Notes under the pieces: generated by a model | Told to the model about the DNA's origin: nothing | The model's database searches: none | Seen by the model: the letters and a program-made list of their open reading frames with translations, nothing else | Made by a program: the position numbers and the translations under genes | In this document: positions 39,101-48,101 of the stretch, in pieces | How the letters are laid out: each line of letters starts with the position of its first letter | How positions within the stretch are numbered: the stretch's first letter is position 1 | Source of the DNA: a virus | Taxonomy: Duplodnaviria > Heunggongvirae > Uroviricota > Caudoviricetes | Direction: 5' to 3' (one strand) | DNA: 64,000 bases | Virus record (IMG/VR): IMGVR_UViG_3300028833_002727

Positions 39101-39493
39101 ATGATTGATAACTTTTTCATAAAGAAAGATGCTACGCTTCCAACACTACGTTTGGAATTAGTATTAGATGGTAAATATGATTTCTTGAAAATATCACATT
39201 TTAACAACGCAATACAAAACGCGAATGTAACATTTTCAATGACAGATGAACACGATGTATTAAAAATTGCTGATGCACCATGTAGATTAGTACTTGTGGA
39301 TCAGGATACTTGTGATGAGAAATACATCATCGAGTATCTTTGGAAACCAAGAGATACTAAAAAAACTGGGCATTTTACTGGTAAGATTAAGATTGAGTTT
39401 ATGAGTGATATATATCAGGCTGGAGAGACGTACGAAGAAGGTACATACATCGGCCCAATATATGAGAAACTTGATATATTTGTTACTGATTAA
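39101..39493 (+). CDS. BppU-like (baseplate upper/Ig-like) structural protein
   Basis: FFIKKDATLPTLRLEL...NANVTFSM...Y.W...DT...G.F.G.I.IEF. Confidence 0.6.
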   Translation: MIDNFFIKKDATLPTLRLELVLDGKYDFLKISHFNNAIQNANVTFSMTDEHDVLKIADAPCRLVLVDQDTCDEKYIIEYLWKPRDTKKTGHFTGKIKIEFMSDIYQAGETYEEGTYIGPIYEKLDIFVTD

Positions 39494-39848
39494 CTAATTC
39501 ACTGATCTCCTTTCTTCGGTAAGGTATTCCGGCTTTAGTTACATAATCGAACAAATTATCTAAATCTTTCTTATTGGAATCAAAATAGATGATGGCATCT
39601 GCTTCGGCTATCATATCTCTATTGCGAACAGCAAGCGCTGAGGTTCCGTGTTTACGCCAATCACAAGTAAACGTTTTAGTTTCGATACCAAAAGTTGATG
39701 CAAATTTATCAACATAAGAGTCACCAACAGTTAAAATTCTTATACGCTCACCGCTTTTGGCTTTATCACGAAGATAATAAGCACACTCCTTTTGAAAGAT
39801 TTCGTAATCTGGTATATTTTCGCCACCAATTATGATAACATTAAACAT
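39483..39848 (-). CDS. SLOG-family (YspA/DUF2493-like) protein
   Basis: VIIIGG....DY..F...F.CDWRKHG.SA..VRNRDMIAEADAIIYFD. Confidence 0.8.
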   Translation of the reverse strand: MFNVIIIGGENIPDYEIFQKECAYYLRDKAKSGERIRILTVGDSYVDKFASTFGIETKTFTCDWRKHGTSALAVRNRDMIAEADAIIYFDSNKKDLDNLFDYVTKAGIPYRRKEISELVNQ

Positions 39849-39907
39849 AAACTATTATTGCTTTAAAAATTATTACTCTAAATTTGAGTTAAATATACAC
39901 AAAATAT

Positions 39908-40504
39908 ATGGAACAAATATTTACAATACCTGAAGGTTTTGAGATTAAAAAAATAAGCGACAACCAATTTAGTATAGTTGAGAAAGATGAAACTAAAGAT
40001 AGCGCTAATACCAAAGGTAATTTACAAGAAATTCACGACAAACAAATGCATGATGCTGTTAAGCGCCATGAAAACAGTTTTTTCAGACAAATAACCGAAG
40101 ACAGAAATGACTATGATTTCGGTTACTATAACCCTATGCCGAAACCTTATGATAGAGAGTTGATGGAGAGTAAGGACAGGGATGCATTATTTGATGCTCG
40201 TTTTGCTAATCCATACAATGTAGATGGCGATTTGGATTATTCAATGATTCAAAGAACTAATAACCGTTTACATGATATGTATGCTAATGGGCAGATTAAG
40301 AAACTAAACGAGGAAGAAATGAAACTACTTAGGTTCTGTCATGGTATTGATGTTAAGAAATTCATCAAAGAAGAGTTTGAAAGAAATCCTATTATTATCA
40401 AGAGAGATGAAAATGGTTACATCTATGCTGAAACACCTAATAGGAAACAACCAGACAATGATAGCAAACCGCCAAAACCAAGTATTTACGATATAAATCT
40501 ATAA
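39908..40504 (+). CDS. Hypothetical protein
   Basis: Clean ORF; TAAATTTG (-7-like) at 39879-39886; terminator downstream. Confidence 0.75.
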   Translation: MEQIFTIPEGFEIKKISDNQFSIVEKDETKDSANTKGNLQEIHDKQMHDAVKRHENSFFRQITEDRNDYDFGYYNPMPKPYDRELMESKDRDALFDARFANPYNVDGDLDYSMIQRTNNRLHDMYANGQIKKLNEEEMKLLRFCHGIDVKKFIKEEFERNPIIIKRDENGYIYAETPNRKQPDNDSKPPKPSIYDINL

Positions 40505-40548
40505 AAAAAAATGGAGGAGCCTACTAATAATGTAAGGCTCCCTTTTTT
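40503..40548. terminator. Bidirectional intrinsic terminator
   Basis: A-run, ggagcctac-taataat-gtaaggctcc, T-run. Confidence 0.8.
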
Positions 40549-40592
40549 ATACATAAGTTCTGACCGTACAGTCGTACGATTTTACCTTTTAC
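40503..40592 (-). ncRNA. Candidate ~90-nt small RNA
   Basis: Promoter motif at 40597-40603 (-), hairpin CGTAC-GACT-GTACG, terminator with a U-run, no credible ORF. Confidence 0.35.
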
Positions 40593-40716
40593 ACCAATAA
40601 ATACTTTTAGAAAAAACAAAAAATACACAAGTTCCAGAATAATTTACAAAAATTTTATTTAGGTATATAAATGAAAAATAACAGGTATTTATTGTTAAGA
40701 AATAGTGTATATAATT

Positions 40717-42180
40717 ATGATAACAAGAACGTTTTTAGATAAAACAACAACAATTAAAAGAGGTACGTTAGATAACTTTGGTTTACATCCAATTTCATTT
40801 ATTGGATATGGCTCTGGCATCTATCGTTCTTTAATTCATTTTGATGTTGAGAATATCAAAAGATTGATTGAAGATAAAACATATGCTGACATTAGTAAAG
40901 TTACACACCATTTGATAATGAAAAATTGTGGATCAGTTGATACGCATGGTTTCTTTACAAAGGATGCGGCTCCAGAAATGCCAGGTATTAAAGAACGCGC
41001 TACATCATTTGATGTTATTTTGTTTAAAGTTAATAAACATTGGGATGAAGGTGTTGGTTTCGATAATATCAACGATTTTTGGGATACTGGTAAAGGCGTT
41101 GTATCAACTGACGGTGCAACATGGTATAACGCAACAACCGATACACAATGGGATGATGAAGGTATCTACCCATTAGATTTCATTGAATATGAATATGAAA
41201 AATACTTATGGTTAAAAGAACATCCAGATTATAGTGGTTCTACTTCAGGTGATACGAGTGGTATTACTGAAACTATAATTGTTGGAGCACAACATTTCGA
41301 CCATGGCAACGAGAATTTAGATGTTGATATTACTGATTATGTAAATAGTTTGATTTACGGTGAAGAAAACTATGGTTTATGTTTGGCATTTATTCCAGAC
41401 TTGGAAGCAACAAACAGGAAAATGACAGAATACGTTGGGTTCTTTAATAATAAGACAAATACCGTATTTGAACCTGTCGTTGAAACACGCTACAATTGTA
41501 AGATTTCAGATGATAGAATGACTTTCTATTTGGGAAAAAACAATAAACTATATTTGTATTCTTATATTGGTGGAAAACTTGAGAATTTAGACAACATACC
41601 TGAATGTGTTGTTGATGATTATACTTTACCTGTCGAACAAGAGAGTAAAGGTATATATGCTGCATATATTAACTTATCATCAAAAGATTACAAGAAAGAT
41701 ATGATTGTATATGATACGTGGAGTAAACTATCTTATAATGGAGAAGAACTAGATGATGTGGAACTTGAATTTGTTACGAAGCCAAAAGAAAATTTCTTCT
41801 CAGTATCAAGCGAAGTTTCAAAACCAAGAATATTGAATCCATTGATTTCTGGTATCAACGCAAATGAACAGTTAAATCGTGGCGAACAACGTGTAATAAA
41901 ATTGTATTTCAGAGAACCATACACTGGTAAGGATTACAATTTGGTTGATAATTGTCAATATCGTATCTACGTAAAAGATGGTGAGAGAGAAGTTACTATT
42001 GTTGATTGGGATGAAATTAACAAAATGAACACATGTAATTTGTTTACAATTAAAACAGATGAATTTGTGCCAGCAGATTATCATGTTGATGTACGCGCAC
42101 AATTTGGTGGCAGCATCAAGATATATAAAGATGAATTAAATTTCACTATCGTAAGTGATGTAAAGGAGATAAAATTATGA
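40717..42180 (+). CDS. Virion structural protein (DNRLRE/beta-sandwich-like)
   Basis: YRSLIHFD...WDEG.G...ATWYNA....W...G...QHFDHGNENLDVDIT..VN; tandem SGSTSGDTSGIT; TATTTAT at 40686. Confidence 0.65.
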   Translation: MITRTFLDKTTTIKRGTLDNFGLHPISFIGYGSGIYRSLIHFDVENIKRLIEDKTYADISKVTHHLIMKNCGSVDTHGFFTKDAAPEMPGIKERATSFDVILFKVNKHWDEGVGFDNINDFWDTGKGVVSTDGATWYNATTDTQWDDEGIYPLDFIEYEYEKYLWLKEHPDYSGSTSGDTSGITETIIVGAQHFDHGNENLDVDITDYVNSLIYGEENYGLCLAFIPDLEATNRKMTEYVGFFNNKTNTVFEPVVETRYNCKISDDRMTFYLGKNNKLYLYSYIGGKLENLDNIPECVVDDYTLPVEQESKGIYAAYINLSSKDYKKDMIVYDTWSKLSYNGEELDDVELEFVTKPKENFFSVSSEVSKPRILNPLISGINANEQLNRGEQRVIKLYFREPYTGKDYNLVDNCQYRIYVKDGEREVTIVDWDEINKMNTCNLFTIKTDEFVPADYHVDVRAQFGGSIKIYKDELNFTIVSDVKEIKL

Positions 42181-43046
42181 GAAAAATTATATTAACAGAA
42201 GGGCAATTAAAATATATTCTCAATAGCGGTTCAAAAACTCCTTTAAATGAACACGTAAATGAGATTTATAATGTTAATGCTGGTATTAAATTGATTGATG
42301 CACAGTGGGAAAGTCCAGATGATTTCTGGTATATCTATATCACTCAAAGAAAAAAGGATAATAGAGACACTTTTGTGAAGAACCATAACGCTAGCGGTAG
42401 TAAAACTTTTGGGGATAATTATATTGCATATGGTATAGTTCAAGGTAATACGAAAGAAGAAGCCATTGAATGTTTGAAAAACATTAAAATGAACATCAAC
42501 AGAGAATATTACAATAAAATTTCAAACAAAGGGAACACCGTAACATCTGTTGAGTCTACATCATTCCCAATTCAAGCAATTGTAATGTTATGTAATAGAT
42601 TTAACGCAAGATGCTACATGGCAGTAAACAAACGTTCTATGTCAGAAACTACAGGTTATGCTGATTCATTGAAACGTAGAGGTATGGAAAGAGGAAGAGA
42701 ATTCCAATTCGCTGCTGGTAGAAAAATGGTAAATAACGACCCAACAAGTGACTGGAAGAAGAAACGTCCATATGGTTTAATTGATTGCGACATAGACGAC
42801 CCACAAGCACAAAAAGAATTAGAAACTTTATTAGCACAAAACAATATACCTATTTTCGATAAATATCCATCACATGATGGTATGCACTACGTTCTAAATA
42901 GTAGAGATGCTGAACGTCTTGATTTTACGAGATTTGACACAGTATATAGGAAAGGAAATGCGGCACCAGGGCGAAGAAATAGCGACCCAATGGTACTATT
43001 CAAAGGTGACGCTTGTATTCTACTATATTCGGCTTGCGGATATTAA
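42177..43046 (+). CDS. Leader-bearing protein with AEP/prim-pol-like catalytic motifs
   Basis: MRKIILTEGQLKYIL...LNE; LIDCD and SHDGMHYV resemble AEP motifs I and II. Confidence 0.55.
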   Translation: MRKIILTEGQLKYILNSGSKTPLNEHVNEIYNVNAGIKLIDAQWESPDDFWYIYITQRKKDNRDTFVKNHNASGSKTFGDNYIAYGIVQGNTKEEAIECLKNIKMNINREYYNKISNKGNTVTSVESTSFPIQAIVMLCNRFNARCYMAVNKRSMSETTGYADSLKRRGMERGREFQFAAGRKMVNNDPTSDWKKKRPYGLIDCDIDDPQAQKELETLLAQNNIPIFDKYPSHDGMHYVLNSRDAERLDFTRFDTVYRKGNAAPGRRNSDPMVLFKGDACILLYSACGY

Positions 43047-43078
43047 AAAAAAGCACTGATTGGTTTCAGTGCTTTTTT
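43045..43078. terminator. Bidirectional intrinsic terminator
   Basis: aaaaaagcactga-ttggtt-tcagtgctttttt between convergent genes. Confidence 0.88.
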
Positions 43079-44069
43079 AATTTATACGTACGTTCTTACT
43101 TAACAATTTATCATACAATCCGTTGAATGTGTTACCAACCATTTCAACTTTTACACCATTTGTTTTTGTCAAGTAATCGTTTGCTTGATTTTGGTTTTTC
43201 TTCTCTCTTGTTCCTCTACCAAACTTCAAATCTAATGCTTTTGCATAATCATCTTCAACAGGGGTATCATTATTGTAATTATGAGTATGTGATTTGAACA
43301 TTTGTAAGAACGCCATTAAGAAATCTACTAATGTGTCGCCGTAAGGTAATACATGTGCTTCATTTATGATTTTCTGTAAATTTTCATCAGTAATTTGTTC
43401 ATCAGTATTAACAAGTTCATTCCCACCAAACAAAGGATCCTTTGATTTATGTGATAACAATGCGATTTCATCTGCAACGATTGTTGCTGTAGACATTGAA
43501 TCTGGCGTTCTTGGTTGTAAGGTGTTAGTTAATGGTGTTTCGTGATATTTTAACTTAATAAAGGCTGGATTTTTCTTATTAAACTCAATGTTACTACTAT
43601 CCGAATTACCACGTACTGGTGTCAATAATCGTGAACCACATCTAATACGAACATCATTATCACTTAGAACAACATCTGCATTTCGTCTACTGTAAATCGC
43701 AACTTCATCTGGTTTCGCAAGTGCGCCAGCAGCAGTTGCATCCTGAGCAACGCTTTGCTTTGGTTTCGCGATACTTCTCTTTAATAAAGCAGTCGCACCG
43801 AATTGGCTGTCATCATAATGCATATCTTGTGGTTGTGAAATAATTGGGCCTATATAGTATCTTTGTGTCGCTTGTATTCCATCAACTGCACATATTACTA
43901 ATACAGACTCTCCAACCTTTGGTTTAACGTGTAGGTGTTTTGGTAATAGAGGGAATGCATAATCCACTTCCTCATTTTTTTTCCATAAATCACTTGGCTT
44001 TAAACGTACCTTAATTCTATCACCACCTTGTGGGTCTTCAATATCTATAACTTCACCAATATAAATCAT
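43077..44069 (-). CDS. Baseplate hub/spike-like protein (gp5/gpV N-terminal OB fold)
   Basis: GEVIDIEDPQGGDRIKVRL...AFPLLP.....PKVGESVLV; C-terminal HTH metal-binding tip motif (SHTHNY). Confidence 0.75.
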   Translation of the reverse strand: MIYIGEVIDIEDPQGGDRIKVRLKPSDLWKKNEEVDYAFPLLPKHLHVKPKVGESVLVICAVDGIQATQRYYIGPIISQPQDMHYDDSQFGATALLKRSIAKPKQSVAQDATAAGALAKPDEVAIYSRRNADVVLSDNDVRIRCGSRLLTPVRGNSDSSNIEFNKKNPAFIKLKYHETPLTNTLQPRTPDSMSTATIVADEIALLSHKSKDPLFGGNELVNTDEQITDENLQKIINEAHVLPYGDTLVDFLMAFLQMFKSHTHNYNNDTPVEDDYAKALDLKFGRGTREKKNQNQANDYLTKTNGVKVEMVGNTFNGLYDKLLSKNVRIN

Positions 44070-44071
44070 AA

Positions 44072-44467
44072 TTAACCAACAATTCCATCGCCGTGTGCGG
44101 CGTTTATATTAAAACCTGTTATTTGTACTGGTCCACCAGCATTTGAACCAGTTCCAGTAATTTGTATACCACCGATAGGTATACCTATTTGTACACGAGC
44201 ATCCATTTTTAATGCTTTAACCATTTCCTCAACACGAATACGTTCCATAGCCTCTGATACATTTGCGCTACCATCTGCTGCTGGGCCGAATGGAGCACCA
44301 GCCTCGCTTTGTCTACGTATAATGTTAGATGCAATAATCATTGCAGACAAACCAGGTCGTTGAACGGCACTACATACCAACAGAATTGCTGGTATATATG
44401 TCAGTGGTACTCTACAATACTGTATTGCTTTTTCAATACCATCACAAATTTTTTGTATTCCGTACAT
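44072..44467 (-). CDS. Hypothetical baseplate-region protein
   Basis: Clean ORF in the late operon; Gly-rich beta C-terminus (GSNAGGPV). Confidence 0.75.
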   Translation of the reverse strand: MYGIQKICDGIEKAIQYCRVPLTYIPAILLVCSAVQRPGLSAMIIASNIIRRQSEAGAPFGPAADGSANVSEAMERIRVEEMVKALKMDARVQIGIPIGGIQITGTGSNAGGPVQITGFNINAAHGDGIVG

Positions 44468-44486
44468 ATCTATCTATTTCTTTTTA

Positions 44487-46373
44487 TTAACATGGTAATT
44501 CTGGTTCTGTTTGTTCCTTCTCACCACCAGTATTAGCAATAATATCAGCGTAATTAACATTATCTATTTGAGTATTTAGAGCATCACCACCACCAAATCT
44601 CAATAATGGGATACAGTTCAAGATTAAGTTTTGTATCAATTCTTTATAGTACTTAATTGTTTCTAGTGCTAATTTACTGATTAACAATTCCAATAGTGGT
44701 TTTAATTGTTGCATCATAAAATTATACAACTCTTTAACAATAATATCTTTTACACTTTCAATAATATTTGTTATTAAATTATCAAAGTGTTTCAAGAAAT
44801 TCTCCCAGTCATTTAAATCACCAACATCACCCAATATTTGTGAGTTAATTGCGAATAAGATACCAACTTTAGGGCTTAACACTTGTAGAACTATTTGAAC
44901 CACTGTTTGTTTAACGAAATCCATTATGAAATCAGCACCAATTTTGTGGTTCATTATGATTTCAACACCACCAGTAATGCCAGAAGTACCTTGTGCTTGG
45001 TATGCAGTTGTTTCTATTACACGTTTTAATAGTGCTGATTGCCCAACCTTTTCTGGATTATCACCAATTGCACCGAGTGCATCATAAATATCATCATATT
45101 TGTCATTTTTTGGTGACGTTGGGTCTAAATAAGAACCAGTATATGATTGCGTTACTTCATCAATCATTTGTTGATATGCTGAGTTATCAAATTTATAGTA
45201 ACAATCATCAGCAACCTCTGTGTCTGATTGAACCATTATCTTCTCAACAATATCTTCAACTTTTTTCTGTGCTTGTTTTTGTTCGATTGAGAATGAGTAG
45301 GAGAATGATGATGCTAAACCAAGTAGTGAATTAACAATGTTTGCTAACAATGTTTTGGTATCAAACAATTTCAAACTATATATGTAGTCATAGTTAAACT
45401 CAAATATAGTTTTGTTAATTGCAAATTCGTGATACTCTCCTCCTCCAACTGGTGTCTTAAATTTTCGTGTTCTATAATATCTATCAGCGTTCAACCATAC
45501 ATTTAGTACATTCGCATATGCTTGGCTGCTACCTTTTTCGGTATATTGGCAAATAATATATTGTTCTTTTTCGCAAACTGTAGTACCATTAACTTTGATT
45601 GGTACTCTTGGTTTATTTGCGTCTGGATATTGAAGTGTCTCAAAGAATTTAGCCTCCGCACCAGAAACATCTTTGTATTTTTTATACGCTTTATTTCTGT
45701 TATCCCAAGTGTTTTTTTGCCTCTCGGTATTGTTGCCAATGTTACCCTTATTTATTACGTACCACAAAAACGCATTAAAGTCACGAGATTTGTATAAATC
45801 ATTTGGTATGTAATGCGGTCCTTCAACTGGTATATTATCAACATTTGTTGTAATTGTTTTTGGGTCGTAAGCATCAAAGTAAAACACACCACCTTTCTTA
45901 TTTGACGGACAGTTAGCCAATAATCCAAACAAGTCAATTGATTGAATATTTATTTCGATTTTATTTTTCCTTGTTGGATCGGATGGTAATGGAAAATCAG
46001 CACTTGGGTCTTGTCTTGGTGTACCATTATCAATAGCATATTTCATCAAATTATCTGGTAGTATCGGATTGAAATTACATGAGAATATACCTTTAAGGTT
46101 AAGTAGAAGAATACCTTTAATAGTCCATTCTATTGCATCTAAAACGCCATCATTCTCATCACCTACAATTTTACAAATCCAGTTAATAATGTCTGCTTGA
46201 GACACACCGAAAATTTCTAACAAACTTAGTAGAAAACCAATAGATGTGTTTACACTAAAATTTGTTAGCATTGAATCGGTTGTTGTTAAAACTGGGTATC
46301 TATCCAGTAAAGTGTTTATCGCTGCTATTTTAGCGAAAACTTCCGATTGTCTACCGTTTAAATGACTAGCCAT
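44487..46373 (-). CDS. Hypothetical (probably structural) protein
   Basis: 628-aa ORF in the operon downstream of TATTTAT at 46801. Confidence 0.8.
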   Translation of the reverse strand: MASHLNGRQSEVFAKIAAINTLLDRYPVLTTTDSMLTNFSVNTSIGFLLSLLEIFGVSQADIINWICKIVGDENDGVLDAIEWTIKGILLLNLKGIFSCNFNPILPDNLMKYAIDNGTPRQDPSADFPLPSDPTRKNKIEINIQSIDLFGLLANCPSNKKGGVFYFDAYDPKTITTNVDNIPVEGPHYIPNDLYKSRDFNAFLWYVINKGNIGNNTERQKNTWDNRNKAYKKYKDVSGAEAKFFETLQYPDANKPRVPIKVNGTTVCEKEQYIICQYTEKGSSQAYANVLNVWLNADRYYRTRKFKTPVGGGEYHEFAINKTIFEFNYDYIYSLKLFDTKTLLANIVNSLLGLASSFSYSFSIEQKQAQKKVEDIVEKIMVQSDTEVADDCYYKFDNSAYQQMIDEVTQSYTGSYLDPTSPKNDKYDDIYDALGAIGDNPEKVGQSALLKRVIETTAYQAQGTSGITGGVEIIMNHKIGADFIMDFVKQTVVQIVLQVLSPKVGILFAINSQILGDVGDLNDWENFLKHFDNLITNIIESVKDIIVKELYNFMMQQLKPLLELLISKLALETIKYYKELIQNLILNCIPLLRFGGGDALNTQIDNVNYADIIANTGGEKEQTEPELPC

Positions 46374-46783
46374 TAGTGAATATTGTAGTTGTTAGTTTTA
46401 GTATTATCACCTTGTGTATTTATATCTTTAGCCAATTCCTTCAATTTAGCAATATCGAATGTTGATGGAATTGCCTTTGTATCTTCAAGAGCACCTTTAA
46501 CGTCGCCACCATGTTTCAATACTTCAGCCATCAATTTAGCAATATCATATTTTTGCCCAATAGATTTTTGTTGTAAAGCAATATAGTTATTCATAATCTT
46601 ACCATATTTTTCTTTACCATCAATATCTAAATCGTTGATTTCTGTCGTATTAGCAATCTTATTGATTTCATTTTGAATTTGTGTTGCCTGTAAGCACGCA
46701 AGGTTATAAGTTTCTTGTAACAATTGCTCAATTTTCTCAACACTATTGAGTTTTACTGTGTATTTCTTTTTTGTTGCATCCAT
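46373..46783 (-). CDS. Hypothetical coiled-coil protein
   Basis: First gene after the promoter motif at 46801-46807 (-). Confidence 0.8.
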   Translation of the reverse strand: MDATKKKYTVKLNSVEKIEQLLQETYNLACLQATQIQNEINKIANTTEINDLDIDGKEKYGKIMNNYIALQQKSIGQKYDIAKLMAEVLKHGGDVKGALEDTKAIPSTFDIAKLKELAKDINTQGDNTKTNNYNIH

Positions 46784-46830
46784 TGTTTTACTCTTTTCTA
46801 ATAAATACCAAAAATTATAGTTTTCTACCG

Positions 46831-47961
46831 TTAATTGATAATAAAATCCTTAATGATAAGGAACTCTTTTTTGAATTTTTTTAGGTTATCTCTCACACCT
46901 TTTGTATCGAGTCCTGTGTGTTCTCTTAAAAACAACAACACAACACTTTTATTTAGTTTACTACTGTTGTCGGTTGATAAAACATAATCCCAGTTTTTGA
47001 ATAGGGTTATAAGGGCTTTACCAATTTTTACTTCATTATCTTTCAAACCGTACTGATCCGGAAATGAAATCATTTCGTTTATACGCTTTGTTAAAAGATT
47101 TACTTCTTCTTCCGCAATCCTTTTGCTTTTATCATTGTTTCCGGTAGAGTAACTAATATCATTCGAGAAGTCAAGTTCAAGCGCATCATATGACGGATTT
47201 CGAATTAACATTTTTTGTGTCTTTTCGCGTTTACCTATCAAGTAATTTTTACAGATATTACTATAATATGAGTATGCCCTTTTACCTTTTGATGCGTCGA
47301 ATTTATCAGCTTTACTTAAAAGGTGAGATAGTGTATCTGTATACGTATCTAAAAATTCTTCGTTTGGAATGTACAGTTCTTGTCCCCTAATTATGGCTTC
47401 AACCATTTTCTTAAATGCTGGTTTCAATTTCTCATTGAAAATCGCATCCTTTTTAACTTGTAGTTCACTTATTTCATTTTCCCAATCACTAACTTTATTT
47501 TTGTCATCTTCATTAGTTAATGTAATTAGTTTTGACTCTTGGATTAAATCGTATAACTGCAAGTCTTTGTTTTCAGCAAATAACTTGTCAAACCATTCTT
47601 CAGTCCAACCGAATTTTAGTAATATTATCTGCTTTACTAACGCAGAAATGGTTCTTGAATACTCTATGTACTCAATAACCGCTAATTCCTGCTCTTCGCC
47701 AAAATAAATCCTGTCTTTTGGCTTACGCCCTCTTTTTGACTTTGGTTTGTCTTCTGTTGTAACTTCCTCTACCTCAATGTCATCACAATCTTCATATAGT
47801 TTATCTTCGTCGACATTTTCAAAATCATCATCGTCATCATCATCGTTTAATATCTTATTAACAGAATCTTCATCATATAAATAATCATATTCGTTGATAG
47901 AATATTTGTAGTCTTTTTTAATGTCGTCTTCTGGATAAAATTCATCTAAAATTTCCCTCAT
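46831..47961 (-). CDS. Phage RNA polymerase sigma factor (T4 gp55-like late sigma)
   Basis: YFGEEQELAVIEY...AFKKMVEAII...DTLSHLLSKADKFDASKGKRAYSYYSNICKNYLI matches the sigma region 2 pattern (KFDP.KG..AFSYF..I.KN). Confidence 0.8.
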   Translation of the reverse strand: MREILDEFYPEDDIKKDYKYSINEYDYLYDEDSVNKILNDDDDDDDFENVDEDKLYEDCDDIEVEEVTTEDKPKSKRGRKPKDRIYFGEEQELAVIEYIEYSRTISALVKQIILLKFGWTEEWFDKLFAENKDLQLYDLIQESKLITLTNEDDKNKVSDWENEISELQVKKDAIFNEKLKPAFKKMVEAIIRGQELYIPNEEFLDTYTDTLSHLLSKADKFDASKGKRAYSYYSNICKNYLIGKREKTQKMLIRNPSYDALELDFSNDISYSTGNNDKSKRIAEEEVNLLTKRINEMISFPDQYGLKDNEVKIGKALITLFKNWDYVLSTDNSSKLNKSVVLLFLREHTGLDTKGVRDNLKKFKKEFLIIKDFIIN

Positions 47962-48101
47962 TATGTTAACATGTTGTATTTAATATCCATGTTAATAACT
48001 ATCTCCACAAAATAACATTGTGCTTTCGCATTTTATGCCATACAGCATCTTACCTTAGATAACATAGACAGACGTGTGGGCACATACCCACACGTTGTTT
48101 A

